A stretch of 64,000 nucleotides of DNA from Candidatus Heimdallarchaeum aukensis (GCA_021513695.1 CP084166.1:512001-576000); one strand, 5' to 3'. Positions 19,373-29,943 are shown, numbered from the stretch's first letter. Made by a program: numbers and translations. Notes: generated by a model not told the origin, from the sequence alone.

Positions 19373-20479
19373 ATGGATTTAAATTTTGTAGTTTCACTTA
19401 CTATCGCAATTTTCATGTTTATTTTAGGAATTATTTTCATAGTTCAATCAATAATTAAGAAAAGAACAGCGTACGTTTTTACTTCTTCAATGTTTATAGG
19501 GATGATTGCTTCTCTTATAGAAGTCTTTAGAGTAAGTAAATTACCTAATTTGGATTTTAATTCAAGCGTTTTACTTGTAATTCATTTATCATTTTGGTGC
19601 TTGATGTATCTACTTTCTTTGATTTTCTTCATTCAGCTTGAAAAAGAAAAAATCTTATCCTATATACTTCCAGTCGTCATGATTATTTATGTTCTACACA
19701 TAACTTTCGGGATTTTTTGGATTTACTCTGGTTCTTTTCCTGATCAAGCTCAGTCAACAATAACTATGTTATGGGACTTAACTTACGCTCTCATGGGAAT
19801 ACTCACTTTCTCTTACGGTGCTTATGTCCATTTTAAAACTGGAATAAAAGCACATGAAAAAGAAGGTTATTTGTTAGGAGGAGCACTCATTTTAATAAGT
19901 ATTGGCTTCCTTTTGGGTTTCATTAAAGATTTAGGTGTAAAAGTTGATATTCAAAGTATTCCTGTTGGAGAAGTACTTAAATTAATAGGTATTTTCACCT
20001 TTATTATATTCTACATTGCAAAACCAGATTACATCTTCAGATTACCTTTCCAAATTACTTCAGTTCTTGTATTTAACAGACTTGGAATGTTAATCTATTC
20101 AGCACAATATTTGACTGAAGATGGTGATGAGGAAATAGATCCTGATGATACATCGATGGAGCTAATTACTGCAGCAGTAAATGCATTTTCAACCTTTATG
20201 AAAGAAACAACTGGAAGCGAAGAACCTCTAAAAAGAGTAAAAACAGGAGATAAACTTCTGATAGTAGAACAAGGAGATAAATGTTCTATAGCAATAATCT
20301 CTACCTCTTCTAGTTATTTCATGATACAAAGCATGAGGAAAGTAATTAAGGAACTAGAAAAGAGATATGAAAAAGAACTAGAACTTGATTATACTGACTC
20401 TACCTTTTTCAATGAAGTACCGAAACTTATTTCCTACTCTTTTCCATTCTTGGGAATACCAAAAAAAGAATTGTATTAA
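19373..20479 (+). CDS. Polytopic membrane protein with C-terminal roadblock/LC7-like domain (paralog 2)
   Basis: Same architecture as 16400... The C-terminal domain reads VLVFNRLGMLIYSAQ...MELITAAVNAFSTFMKETTG...LLIVEQGDKCSIAIIS. Confidence 0.5.
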   Translation: MDLNFVVSLTIAIFMFILGIIFIVQSIIKKRTAYVFTSSMFIGMIASLIEVFRVSKLPNLDFNSSVLLVIHLSFWCLMYLLSLIFFIQLEKEKILSYILPVVMIIYVLHITFGIFWIYSGSFPDQAQSTITMLWDLTYALMGILTFSYGAYVHFKTGIKAHEKEGYLLGGALILISIGFLLGFIKDLGVKVDIQSIPVGEVLKLIGIFTFIIFYIAKPDYIFRLPFQITSVLVFNRLGMLIYSAQYLTEDGDEEIDPDDTSMELITAAVNAFSTFMKETTGSEEPLKRVKTGDKLLIVEQGDKCSIAIISTSSSYFMIQSMRKVIKELEKRYEKELELDYTDSTFFNEVPKLISYSFPFLGIPKKELY

Positions 20480-20495
20480 AAAAAATCTTTTTTTT

Positions 20496-21617
20496 CTATT
20501 CTTCTTCTTTTTCAAAAGGAAAGACATAATTTAGTTTAAGATCATCGCGTAAAAAGATTAGGTCTCGAGCAATACTATCATTAATTGGTACACCATGCTC
20601 TCTTACTCTCTTTTCTGCTTCGTATTCTTTTTCTCCAGCAGTATAAATTCTTGATTCACCAGGAGCTTTTTTAGAGTTCCTGAGCTCTCTACATATCGAA
20701 CCAGAAATCTTTTTGAAAATATTTACATCAATAAAATGTTCTACGTTTATCGCAATAAAGAAATGACCAATCATAAAGTGCCTAAAAGAACCATCTTCGT
20801 TCAACCCACTTAAATCCTTTAGGAATTTTCCGTTCTGTAAAGCTGAAGATAATATCTCTACAACAGTAGAATAACCATACCCTTTATGTCCAGATAATTC
20901 TTCTCCCTTTCCTCCAAGAGGTAAAAGTGCAGCCTTTCCATTCACAAAATCAGAGATGAGCTGCTCAGCATCAGTTCTATACTCTCCAGTTTCAGTGTCT
21001 ATTACACAACCTAAAGGAAGATCTTTATTTTCCCGAGCATAAACTTCAACTTTTCCTCTTTGAATAATAGATGTAGCACAATCCAAAACAAAAGGAAAAG
21101 CTTCATCAGTAGGTATACCAAAAGTCAAAGGATTAGTGCCTAACATAGGCTCAACACCAAAAGTAGGTGCAACAGCAGGACGAGCATTTGTACCAGTAAT
21201 CCCTATACAGTTCTCTTTTACAGCCATAAGAGCATAATAACCAGCAATACCATAATGAGTACCATTACGAACAACAACCATACCTATACCAAACTTCTTA
21301 GCCTTAGAAATAGCAAGCTCCATAGCTTTATAGGAAATATAATGACCATTACCATGATGGGCATCAATAACAGCAATAGCATCTTTATCTTTAACAATTT
21401 CATATTTGCTAATAAGATGTTGCTTTCTCTTAATACGGTCATAATAATATTTTAATCGCTGAACACCATGACTTGTTATCCCGCGAAGATCTGACTCAAT
21501 TAAAACATCAGCACTAACTTGAGCTTCCTCAACAGGATAACCCAAAGAAACAAAAACATCTCGAATAAAATCATGCAATAAATCAACTGAAACATATTTC
21601 TGATTGGAATCTGTCAT
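20496..21617 (-). CDS. Ldh_2-family oxidoreductase (malate / L-sulfolactate dehydrogenase type)
   Basis: RGITSHGVQRLKYYYDRI, ARPAVAPTFG and GGKGEELSGHKGYGYS are typical of the Ldh_2 family. Confidence 0.7.
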   Translation of the reverse strand: MTDSNQKYVSVDLLHDFIRDVFVSLGYPVEEAQVSADVLIESDLRGITSHGVQRLKYYYDRIKRKQHLISKYEIVKDKDAIAVIDAHHGNGHYISYKAMELAISKAKKFGIGMVVVRNGTHYGIAGYYALMAVKENCIGITGTNARPAVAPTFGVEPMLGTNPLTFGIPTDEAFPFVLDCATSIIQRGKVEVYARENKDLPLGCVIDTETGEYRTDAEQLISDFVNGKAALLPLGGKGEELSGHKGYGYSTVVEILSSALQNGKFLKDLSGLNEDGSFRHFMIGHFFIAINVEHFIDVNIFKKISGSICRELRNSKKAPGESRIYTAGEKEYEAEKRVREHGVPINDSIARDLIFLRDDLKLNYVFPFEKEEE

Positions 21618-21959
21618 CTCATTCTTAACTTAAAATTAGTCAATATAAATATTGTTTAAAATAGAAAAAAAATAAAAGAAATTCAAAAAATAAATTTCCA
21701 AAAAAAATTATCTGTATTATCTTTACATTGCTAAATTAAATATAAAATATCCATACAAATAGTTTTTTAGATACTACAACAGAATATCGCATTTATTATC
21801 ATTTATAAAGAAGTAGCATTTTTAAAGAAATTTTTTTTTTGTTTTTTTTTGAAGCATACTGTTTTGCAAAAAAATGTAGAAAATGATAAATAAATCTTTG
21901 AAACAACTAAATAAAAAACTTGAAACATAACAATTAACATTTACTTTTTTGAGAAAAAG

Positions 21960-22523
21960 TTATGATTTTTTCATTTCAAGCTGATTTACCAACCATGTAA
22001 ATGCTTCGTTTACTCCTGTTCCGTTTATTGCACTGCAGTCAAACACTGCAAAAGTTCTATCTTTCATTTCTAAATGTAGTCCTAGCAATTGTATTAGCAT
22101 TGGTGCTTGTATTGATTCTGGTAGATCTTGTTTATTTGCTATTATCAGGCAAGGTATTTTTTCTAAATACGGATTGTTAAATACATGAACTTTTAATATA
22201 TCTCTCGCTTCTGGCAATCTTTCTATATCTGCTGCATCTATTACAAATATTACTGCTGAACTTCCTGGGTAATGCACTTCCCATAGAAATCTGAACTGTT
22301 TTTGTCCTGCTACATCTACTATAGTAATATTCCAATCTGCAAAGTTTACTGTATCTATGTTTTGTCCTATTGTTGGTACTGTATCTTGAAAGTCTCCTGT
22401 GTTTACATATTTCATTAATGTAGTCTTACCTGCTGAATCTAAGCCTAAAACGATAATTTTAGCCTTTTTTTCTGATTTAAGTTTTTTCCTTAACCAAGAA
22501 GAAAACGATAGTTTAGAGCTCAT
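21960..22523 (-). CDS. Arf/Arl-family small GTPase
   Basis: An N-terminal amphipathic helix is followed by the P-loop GLDSAGKTT, then DVAGQ (the WDxGGQ equivalent) and NKQD. The protein is 187 aa. Confidence 0.8.
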   Translation of the reverse strand: MSSKLSFSSWLRKKLKSEKKAKIIVLGLDSAGKTTLMKYVNTGDFQDTVPTIGQNIDTVNFADWNITIVDVAGQKQFRFLWEVHYPGSSAVIFVIDAADIERLPEARDILKVHVFNNPYLEKIPCLIIANKQDLPESIQAPMLIQLLGLHLEMKDRTFAVFDCSAINGTGVNEAFTWLVNQLEMKKS

Positions 22524-22615
22524 TGTGTATTATTTCTTTATTCTAATTACCCATTAATAAAAATTGTCTAAGTCTTCAACAATAAAAAAAGAAAGTGATA
22601 AATCTTAAAAAAAAA

Positions 22616-24808
22616 TTATTGGTGTTTCTTTGCTAATTCTATTAGTTCAGGAAAGTCCATTCCTAGTTCTTTTAATTTTTCTATAGTAGGTACACCGTTT
22701 TCTGTCCATCCTCTTCTTTCATATACAGCTTTTTTCAACTTTTCATACCTTTCTTCTCTGTATTTTCTTATTGCGGCCATCTTTTCTTCTACTGTCATGT
22801 TTGTTGGATCTACACCTACTTTTTCTTTTAGTTCTTTAAGGTAGTATTTGTCTTCTCTGGACAGGTATTCTTCTTTTGTTACTGGACCCATAGCTCTAAA
22901 GGGTATAGTGTCTAATTCTTTGTAAGTTACACCTTCTGGAATGAAAAGTAAATTCATTACTCTTTGGAAGTTATAGACTCTTTCACTCATTTTAATATAT
23001 TCTCTAGAATCTATATTATTACCTGTTACACTATTGAAGTATTGGACATAATTTAGAACGTGTTCTGGCACTTTTGCAGGGTCGGCTAGATCTTCAGGAA
23101 CAGTCATTCCATGCTTTTCTATCTTTCCTTCTGCAAATTCTTTATTATCTTCTGGAACAATATCGTTCCAAGGTAACTTACATAGACCTAATAGTCCAAA
23201 GGAAGTTCTCCACATTGGGAACCACCATAGAGCTTCTGCTTTTTGTTCGAAAGTGGGCATAAAGTTATGCACCATGTCTAGAAAGATTAACCATGCTTCA
23301 TCGTGCTGTGGTCCCTTGAGTGTAAGACCATATCCTCCTTGTTGTGCAAGTGACTCTTTTGTCATATATTCGCTAAATTCTAGACCTTTAGATTCCATTC
23401 CTATATCGTCCAAAAGTTTGGCTTCTTCCTCACTCAAGTTAAACTCTTTCTTGAAGTACTCTTTCATGTATCTAATTCCTTTACCGAATATTTTACCGAA
23501 CCCATCTCCTTTTGCTACTTGGTGAATAACTTCCATTGCTCCTTCAAAATTGCCCCAAGAGAGATCTATTCCTCCAGTTCTTTCTTTGTTTAATATTCCG
23601 TATTCGTAGCACTCCATACAGAAGGCCATACCTGTTCCTACACTAATAGTATCTAAACCATAGTTATCACAATAGAAATTAACTTCAATAACATGGTCTG
23701 GGTCCCACATGTACCAGTTAGAACCTACTCCAGCAGCTGTTTCATATTCTGGACCGTCGACAGTTACTTTTTGACCTTTGTATGGTCCAGTTTTACATTC
23801 AAAACTACTCACACCATGAGTACATCCTACTGTACATCCTTTCCAACATGGGTCTGGTCCTTTTTCAAATCTCTTATAATAAGCTTCTTTACCTATTTTT
23901 TCTGCTTGTGGGTCAGAACCAAATTTGAAGTTCTTTGTTGGTAAAAGGTCAAAATCATTCATTATTGGAATCAAATGTATAGTTCCAATATTTCTCATAT
24001 CGTTTTGCTTTGGATCGAGTTCAGTTATTTCTTTACTGTGTCTCTTGGCTACTTCTTTCTCTGCTTCAGGATTAGCAGGATTGTTAGATTTGACGTTAAC
24101 ATTGCTTTTTCTTACAACTAGAGCTTTTATTTTCTTATTTCTAAATACAGTTCCTGTTCCTCCTCTTCCGGCTTGTTTATATCTTACATATCCTCTTTTA
24201 CCGTCAAACCAACTGAAATTTAAGCAACCCATATAAGCATTTTCTGCTCCAGGACCTGCAGATACAACAGAAATATTTCTTTTATCTTTTTCATCTACTG
24301 CATATCTCTCAGTAAGTATTTTTCCTATCTGAAAAGTTTCTGAAGGTAAATCTTCTGCTTCTTCGATGATTATTTTTCCATTATCTCCATCAATAAAAAT
24401 GACTAATTCTTTTTCTGCTTTACCTTGAATGGCCATAGCATCGAAACCTGCAAATTTGAGAAAAGGACCAAAATATCCTCCAACGTTTGAATCAACCAAA
24501 ATACCAGTTAATGGAGAAATGGCTGTTACAATACTTTTACCTGAACCAGGATAGTTGGTTGTTCCACCTAATGGTCCAGAAGCTATACAAAGAACATTAT
24601 CTGGGTCATCCCATTTTACTTTTTTGTCTTTAGGAATATATTTCCAAGTTAGCCAAAGATCAAATCCCCTTCCACCTATGAATTTTTCTTTCATTTCTTC
24701 TGTAACATCTTCTATTTTTGCTTCTAACGTTTCTAAATTAATGTACAATGTTTTGTTAGCATATCCTTTATCTATTACTGGAACTTCATAATTTATCTCT
24801 TTAATCAT
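22616..24808 (-). CDS. Aldehyde:ferredoxin oxidoreductase (AOR) family tungsten enzyme
   Basis: The N-terminal section reads ANKTLYINLETLEAKIEDV..EKFIGGRGF. The size is ~730 aa. The Cys cluster is DPCWKGCTVGC. Confidence 0.75.
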   Translation of the reverse strand: MIKEINYEVPVIDKGYANKTLYINLETLEAKIEDVTEEMKEKFIGGRGFDLWLTWKYIPKDKKVKWDDPDNVLCIASGPLGGTTNYPGSGKSIVTAISPLTGILVDSNVGGYFGPFLKFAGFDAMAIQGKAEKELVIFIDGDNGKIIIEEAEDLPSETFQIGKILTERYAVDEKDKRNISVVSAGPGAENAYMGCLNFSWFDGKRGYVRYKQAGRGGTGTVFRNKKIKALVVRKSNVNVKSNNPANPEAEKEVAKRHSKEITELDPKQNDMRNIGTIHLIPIMNDFDLLPTKNFKFGSDPQAEKIGKEAYYKRFEKGPDPCWKGCTVGCTHGVSSFECKTGPYKGQKVTVDGPEYETAAGVGSNWYMWDPDHVIEVNFYCDNYGLDTISVGTGMAFCMECYEYGILNKERTGGIDLSWGNFEGAMEVIHQVAKGDGFGKIFGKGIRYMKEYFKKEFNLSEEEAKLLDDIGMESKGLEFSEYMTKESLAQQGGYGLTLKGPQHDEAWLIFLDMVHNFMPTFEQKAEALWWFPMWRTSFGLLGLCKLPWNDIVPEDNKEFAEGKIEKHGMTVPEDLADPAKVPEHVLNYVQYFNSVTGNNIDSREYIKMSERVYNFQRVMNLLFIPEGVTYKELDTIPFRAMGPVTKEEYLSREDKYYLKELKEKVGVDPTNMTVEEKMAAIRKYREERYEKLKKAVYERRGWTENGVPTIEKLKELGMDFPELIELAKKHQ

Positions 24809-24928
24809 ATTAATACACCCGAGAATATCGTTATAAATACGAAAAAAATCAACTATATAATTTTAACTCTATCTCGTCAAGTATTAAAGAAAACTAACTT
24901 TTTCTTTTAACTAAAAAGAAAGTTAACT

Positions 24929-25348
24929 TTACGAAGAATTATCAATCTTAAATTTATTAGCATTTTTGGGTTCGTGTCCAGCTTCAAAAGATTGTATCTC
25001 AAGAGTATATCTGTCAGGATCATTAAAGAAGATGTTATAAATTTGATATTTTTCGTACATACTAGGCTCTTTAGTTAGATTGACACCTTTCTCTTTAAGG
25101 TATTTCGCCCAAAGATTCACTTCATCTGGTGTTTCAACAACTAATGTTAAACATGTTTTCTCAGGATTTGAAATTTCTTCACTTGTTTCACAGAATCCCC
25201 AGTAACCATTTGAACCTATGTTATAAATTATACAGTTTGTCTGCTCTAAGGCAACTTCAAGTTCTAATAGACCAGAATAGAACTTTTTATTTTCTTCTAA
25301 ATTTTTTGTTTTCAAAAAGGTAATAGGATAAATAATTTTTGGAAGCAT
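24929..25348 (-). CDS. VOC/glyoxalase-family protein
   Basis: Size and pattern (FYSGLLELEV..., C-terminal DPDRYTLEI) resemble the vicinal-oxygen-chelate fold. The match is weak. Confidence 0.4.
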   Translation of the reverse strand: MLPKIIYPITFLKTKNLEENKKFYSGLLELEVALEQTNCIIYNIGSNGYWGFCETSEEISNPEKTCLTLVVETPDEVNLWAKYLKEKGVNLTKEPSMYEKYQIYNIFFNDPDRYTLEIQSFEAGHEPKNANKFKIDNSS

Positions 25349-25403
25349 ATATTAAATAAGTTATTCTTCTTTTAAAAATTTCTTGAGAATGTATGGATTT
25401 TTT

Positions 25404-26516
25404 TCAAACTCCAACTGTTAGTTTTGATTCATCTACAAATGGGAAGTACAATGGAATGTATTTCACTGCATCATCGAAAACAGAGGCATCTCCGCTAAAA
25501 CATACAATCTGCTCTCTAAACATTGAATTAAACTTGTTTACAAAATGTTCAAGTGAAGTGTCAAATATCCTTACCCTTCTATCAACTATTAACACTCCGA
25601 TAATATCATCTTTCTCTTTGGTTATCATGACTCTATCTTTTAGTTCAACACATTTTAATAACTGATAGGATGAATTGGTTACTTCAGAAATAAAATGAGC
25701 AAAAGCGTTAATCATTCCCCCAATTAACAAACCCTCTGATTCTTTTTTAGAATAGTTTGAAGCAGAGAAAAGAGTTGTTCCATTTTTATTAATTATTAAG
25801 AAGTTAAAAATCTCTGCAGAAGTGAATAAGACAAATTTAGGGTCAATTAAATAAATGACCAAAGTTACACCGAGAGCTAACCCAAAACCTATAGCACCAT
25901 ATGTTTCTAAAGGAACTACATGTTCCAAAAATTCCAAAATAGCCACTATAAAAGCTATAAAGAAGCTTATCCATAATAGTAATGTATGATATTGAGCTTT
26001 TTTACCTACACTCTTAACAAAGGTAAAAGTTATTCCTACTAAACATACTGTAACAACATATAGTTGAAAAAAATCTAAAAACCAAATATATAAACAGTCA
26101 TTCTTTGTTGGAACCTTCAAATTCGTAGAGATCGGGGGTAAATCAAAGAAAATATTTATCAAATAAGTAACAAATAAAGAAAAAATAATAATGTAACCTG
26201 CTTGAACTACTCTACGATCCCAAGCGTTGAAGTTACTAAAATGTATTAAAATATATAGAAATACAAGAGCATAAGGAATAATCTCTAAAGAAGGTAAATA
26301 ACTATTTTCTAAATATGCCCACTGATAACCTGCTACACGGGCAAAATAGAAAAAGAATTCTACTACACTTTGTATAATCGCCAGAATTAATGCAGCAATT
26401 AAATTTTTATAACCTTGAACTTTGTTTACTGTGCTCCGATAAGAAAAAACACCTAACATAATCAAAATAATAACAACTTGAAATAGTTTGAATATCGCTT
26501 GGCTTAGAGTTTCCAA
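25404..26516 (-). CDS. Polytopic membrane protein with C-terminal roadblock/LC7-like domain (paralog 3)
   Basis: Same architecture. The C-terminal domain reads NFLIINKNGTTLFSAS...GGMINAFAHFISEVT...RVMITKEKDDIIGVLIV. Confidence 0.5.
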   Translation of the reverse strand: METLSQAIFKLFQVVIILIMLGVFSYRSTVNKVQGYKNLIAALILAIIQSVVEFFFYFARVAGYQWAYLENSYLPSLEIIPYALVFLYILIHFSNFNAWDRRVVQAGYIIIFSLFVTYLINIFFDLPPISTNLKVPTKNDCLYIWFLDFFQLYVVTVCLVGITFTFVKSVGKKAQYHTLLLWISFFIAFIVAILEFLEHVVPLETYGAIGFGLALGVTLVIYLIDPKFVLFTSAEIFNFLIINKNGTTLFSASNYSKKESEGLLIGGMINAFAHFISEVTNSSYQLLKCVELKDRVMITKEKDDIIGVLIVDRRVRIFDTSLEHFVNKFNSMFREQIVCFSGDASVFDDAVKYIPLYFPFVDESKLTVGV

Positions 26517-26647
26517 AGTAAATCAATTAATTGATTATATTTCTATTATATTAAATTTATGTAAAAATGCCAAAGTTACATTTTAGAAAAGATATTGAAA
26601 AAATATACTAAAACTTCTTGAATTACATATTTTTCTTTAATGAGATA

Positions 26648-26935
26648 TCATCCCCCTGCAACAAAAGGAAGTATCGATATTTCAGTTTTATCTTCAGTTA
26701 CTAGATAAGTTGACAGCTCTTCATGATGAATAGTTTTGCTATTTATCATTATATTATAAAAAGAATGTAGCTTTTTATTTGTAAATAGGAGTCCATCAAG
26801 CTCTGGATACGTCTTAGTTAAAAATTCTATTGCTTCTAAAACAGTTATTTCCTTATCTTCTAATTCAATTTCGACTTCTGCTTTATTTCCTAAAGTAGAC
26901 CTTAACTGACCAAACAAGCGAAAAATAACTCTCAT
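26648..26935 (-). CDS. MoaD/ThiS-family ubiquitin-like small protein (SAMP-like), C-terminal Gly-Gly
   Basis: MRVIFRLFGQLRSTLG...TVLEAIEFLTKTYPEL...ISILPFVAGG* is a beta-grasp pattern ending with a diglycine. Confidence 0.7.
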   Translation of the reverse strand: MRVIFRLFGQLRSTLGNKAEVEIELEDKEITVLEAIEFLTKTYPELDGLLFTNKKLHSFYNIMINSKTIHHEELSTYLVTEDKTEISILPFVAGG

Positions 26936-27000
26936 TCTTTTTCCTCTGATAAGATAAAGTAGATTAAAAGAATAAAATTGTTATGTTTTGTCAATTCTTT

Positions 27001-27561
27001 TTATATAGAATTTACCTCAAAGAATTTGACTATATTTTCTATAAGAGTAATAAAAGCTCTTTCTACATTTTCTCCTGTTTTAGCTGAAGTTTCTATATAA
27101 GGTACTTCGAATCCACTCCAATTACTTAGGCTTTTGGCATAATCTGCAGCATATTCATATGGTACTGCATTAGGAGTTGAATCACGAAGATCAGATTTGT
27201 TTCCAATTAAAAGCATAGGAACAATCTTATTTTTGTTATTCTTGATTAACTCATGAATCCAATTAGGTAATAATTCATATGTTTCAGGTCTTGAAATGTC
27301 AAAAACTAGCAAAGCACCTGAAGTTCCTCGATAATATACTTCTCTCACTGCAGAAAAACGTTGTTGTCCTGCTAAATCCCATATCTGTAGAGTATACTCA
27401 ATATTATTTAGTAGCATTTTCTTTACTGCAAAGTCTGCACCTACTGTCATGGCATATCCTGATTCAAAAGTTTCTCCTAAATATCGACGTCTTAACGATG
27501 TTTTACCTACTGCTCCTTCACCAAGCAATGAAACTTTAAAGATTCTCTGCACTTTTTTCAT
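27001..27561 (-). CDS. Rab/Ras-family small GTPase
   Basis: G1 is GEGAVGKTSL. The switch II motif is WDLAGQQRF. GNKSDL and ETSAK are also seen. The protein is 186 aa. Confidence 0.8.
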   Translation of the reverse strand: MKKVQRIFKVSLLGEGAVGKTSLRRRYLGETFESGYAMTVGADFAVKKMLLNNIEYTLQIWDLAGQQRFSAVREVYYRGTSGALLVFDISRPETYELLPNWIHELIKNNKNKIVPMLLIGNKSDLRDSTPNAVPYEYAADYAKSLSNWSGFEVPYIETSAKTGENVERAFITLIENIVKFFEVNSI

Positions 27562-27717
27562 CTCTCTCTATTTCTAAAGAACTCATGCACAACATATTAT
27601 TAAATTATTTGTTTACTTGCAATGTCTACTATTTAAGAAAATTATTTTTTAGAAAAACTCTTAGTGCATTTTACCTTTTAATTAGCTTTTTATAGTTCTT
27701 TAACTACTAATAACAAG

Positions 27718-29088
27718 ATGAGTGAAGAAACAGTTGTTATTCAAAATCCTTTACTAGTGTGTAAGTACATTAAAAAATTTACTCATTATCCAGAATTTGA
27801 TAGAATTTTAATAGATAATTTAGATTGGAAAAGAGAAGATATTATTGGAATCTCCATTATTCCTATTGTAGATACTGTTCCATCAGGCAAAAATGCAATC
27901 TTTAGAATATTTATTTCAAACATGGGAGAAACAACACAAAAGGTAAAAGTTCATGTTCGTACTTTTGGTTATTTAAGCAAAAAAGAAAAGTTAAATAGAA
28001 GCCAAATAGCATTTAAAAAATTAATTATCAACAACAATGAAGTATGGTATAGAGATGTTATCATACCAAGTGATATAAAATTAGGTAAAAACTTTTTCCA
28101 GCTTGTCGTTAAATATAAAGTAAACAAAAAGAAAAGAATAATCTATGAAATTAAAGAATATACAGAGATTATGCCTTTAGATCATATAAAACAGATTGCC
28201 AGACAAAACTTTTTAGGACTTGCCCAAAAGCCCTACATTGATCCTTCTTCAATAAGTTATTGGATATATTGCTCTCTTTTTGGTTCTAGAAATTATTCAA
28301 AAGAACCAACTTTCATTTATATAACTAAATGGATTGTTTTTCTTCTAAGTATTTCTACTATTGGTGCTTACTTCACTTTACCTTTACCTGAAATAGTTCT
28401 TTATATCAGTTCAGGAGGAGCTTTGCTTTCTTTCCTAACCTTTTTTACTGATTTAGATAGACATACAGTCCGTGAGATACATGATTTAGGTTTAACTGAA
28501 TTAAAAAGAAAAGCCTTCATAGATAACATCCCGAAAAAAACCGAATGGCTTAAGTTATTCACTCTGAAAAGTGATTATTTCTATTTCATTGAAGAAGAAT
28601 CAACTTTTGCATGGAAAACTAGTACAGATAATTCATTTAAACCAGTTATTTATTCTTTAAATCAAGTTTTAGATACACAATTAAGTATAAAAGAAGGAAC
28701 AAAAGAAGAGGAAGAAAGAATAATTGAAGAAATAATAACTAATAGGAAAATAGAAAAAATTAAAACAAAAACAAAAACGAAAGAAGAAGTAGAAGAACAC
28801 GAAGGTATTGTTTTTGAAGAAGATTTGTCCATAAGTTTTGATGCAAAGATGCAAATACTTGATAGTATAACTTCATATACTGTACCTAGCAAAGCAATTG
28901 AATTAGAAGATAGTTTTGAACTTCCTGTAGAAATAATAAAAACAGAAACATTCATAGAACCTGATTCTGTAGCTTTTGATGTTTTAGATAAACCTTTTAC
29001 AACTGATTTAGAACCAATAATTACAGACAGTGAAAGTATAGACTCTAAAGGTTCACTGAAATTCAAGAAAACAAACATAGATGTATAA
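27718..29088 (+). CDS. Hypothetical protein with central TM helices and acidic C-terminal region
   Basis: ORF only; no motif recognised. Confidence 0.3.
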   Translation: MSEETVVIQNPLLVCKYIKKFTHYPEFDRILIDNLDWKREDIIGISIIPIVDTVPSGKNAIFRIFISNMGETTQKVKVHVRTFGYLSKKEKLNRSQIAFKKLIINNNEVWYRDVIIPSDIKLGKNFFQLVVKYKVNKKKRIIYEIKEYTEIMPLDHIKQIARQNFLGLAQKPYIDPSSISYWIYCSLFGSRNYSKEPTFIYITKWIVFLLSISTIGAYFTLPLPEIVLYISSGGALLSFLTFFTDLDRHTVREIHDLGLTELKRKAFIDNIPKKTEWLKLFTLKSDYFYFIEEESTFAWKTSTDNSFKPVIYSLNQVLDTQLSIKEGTKEEEERIIEEIITNRKIEKIKTKTKTKEEVEEHEGIVFEEDLSISFDAKMQILDSITSYTVPSKAIELEDSFELPVEIIKTETFIEPDSVAFDVLDKPFTTDLEPIITDSESIDSKGSLKFKKTNIDV

Positions 29089-29181
29089 ATAAAGTGAATA
29101 AAATAGATATGAAAAAATTAAACTGTAATAACTAAATTTGTTTTAAACAATAAATAGAAAAACTTTATCAATATACGTAAT

Positions 29182-29943
29182 TTGGTCGATTCAATGATTA
29201 CTGGAACACATCCTTCAACTATTGCCGAAGAAGATTATTTTTCATTTATTGGTATTTTTCTTTCAGTTCCGTTTTTTATTGCTTATTTTGTAAATGAGAT
29301 GATTCTAGCTTTATTCAGACTCACAAAATACGAAAGAGAGATTGGAACACCTGTTACTGCCCCTTATCCTACTTGGAGAATGATTAATGCTGTTATTTAT
29401 GCAGTAGCAATTATTATTTTAGCTCTTCAAGTTTTAAGTTGGAGTGTAACCTATCGAAGATATGAATTCAGAAAACTTGCAAAAAGAACTGTTTTTGCTT
29501 TTCTTATTACAGCTATTTTTGTAATTATTTTTGAGTACTTACAGATTTCAATGCCTGTTCAACCTAGAGATCAATCAGATATTACTGTGCCATTTTTCAC
29601 TTTAGTAGGCTTTCATTTGTGGTCTTTTGTTAGTTTTAAACAAGTTATAGAGCATTTAGGAAAACATTACAAAACTAGAGTAGGTGATTCTATATTTTAC
29701 ATTCTCTTTGCAAGCTATCCATTCATTAAATTTGGATTACCCATAATATTATTGATATTTGTCAGTTTGGCAATGTCTCCTTATGCTTTTATTCTCTATT
29801 CTGAAATAACAATGGCATACCTAGTCGGTTTCATTTCAATTGCTCTTGGTGTTGTTCTTATAAATGATGTTGTTAAAATTGGAAGAGCGCAAGATCATTA
29901 TTTTTTCACAAAAGAGAGCACCGAAAACAAAAAAGAGGATTAA
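29182..29943 (+). CDS. Hypothetical polytopic membrane protein
   Basis: ORF with several hydrophobic helices. Confidence 0.3.
   Translation: MVDSMITGTHPSTIAEEDYFSFIGIFLSVPFFIAYFVNEMILALFRLTKYEREIGTPVTAPYPTWRMINAVIYAVAIIILALQVLSWSVTYRRYEFRKLAKRTVFAFLITAIFVIIFEYLQISMPVQPRDQSDITVPFFTLVGFHLWSFVSFKQVIEHLGKHYKTRVGDSIFYILFASYPFIKFGLPIILLIFVSLAMSPYAFILYSEITMAYLVGFISIALGVVLINDVVKIGRAQDHYFFTKESTENKKED

Noticed and set aside
19014-19382. ORF 19014..19382 overlapping the IS6-like transposase 3' end and IS boundary
   Set aside because: It is an alternative frame of the transposase region and runs across the terminal inverted repeat. It has no independent support.
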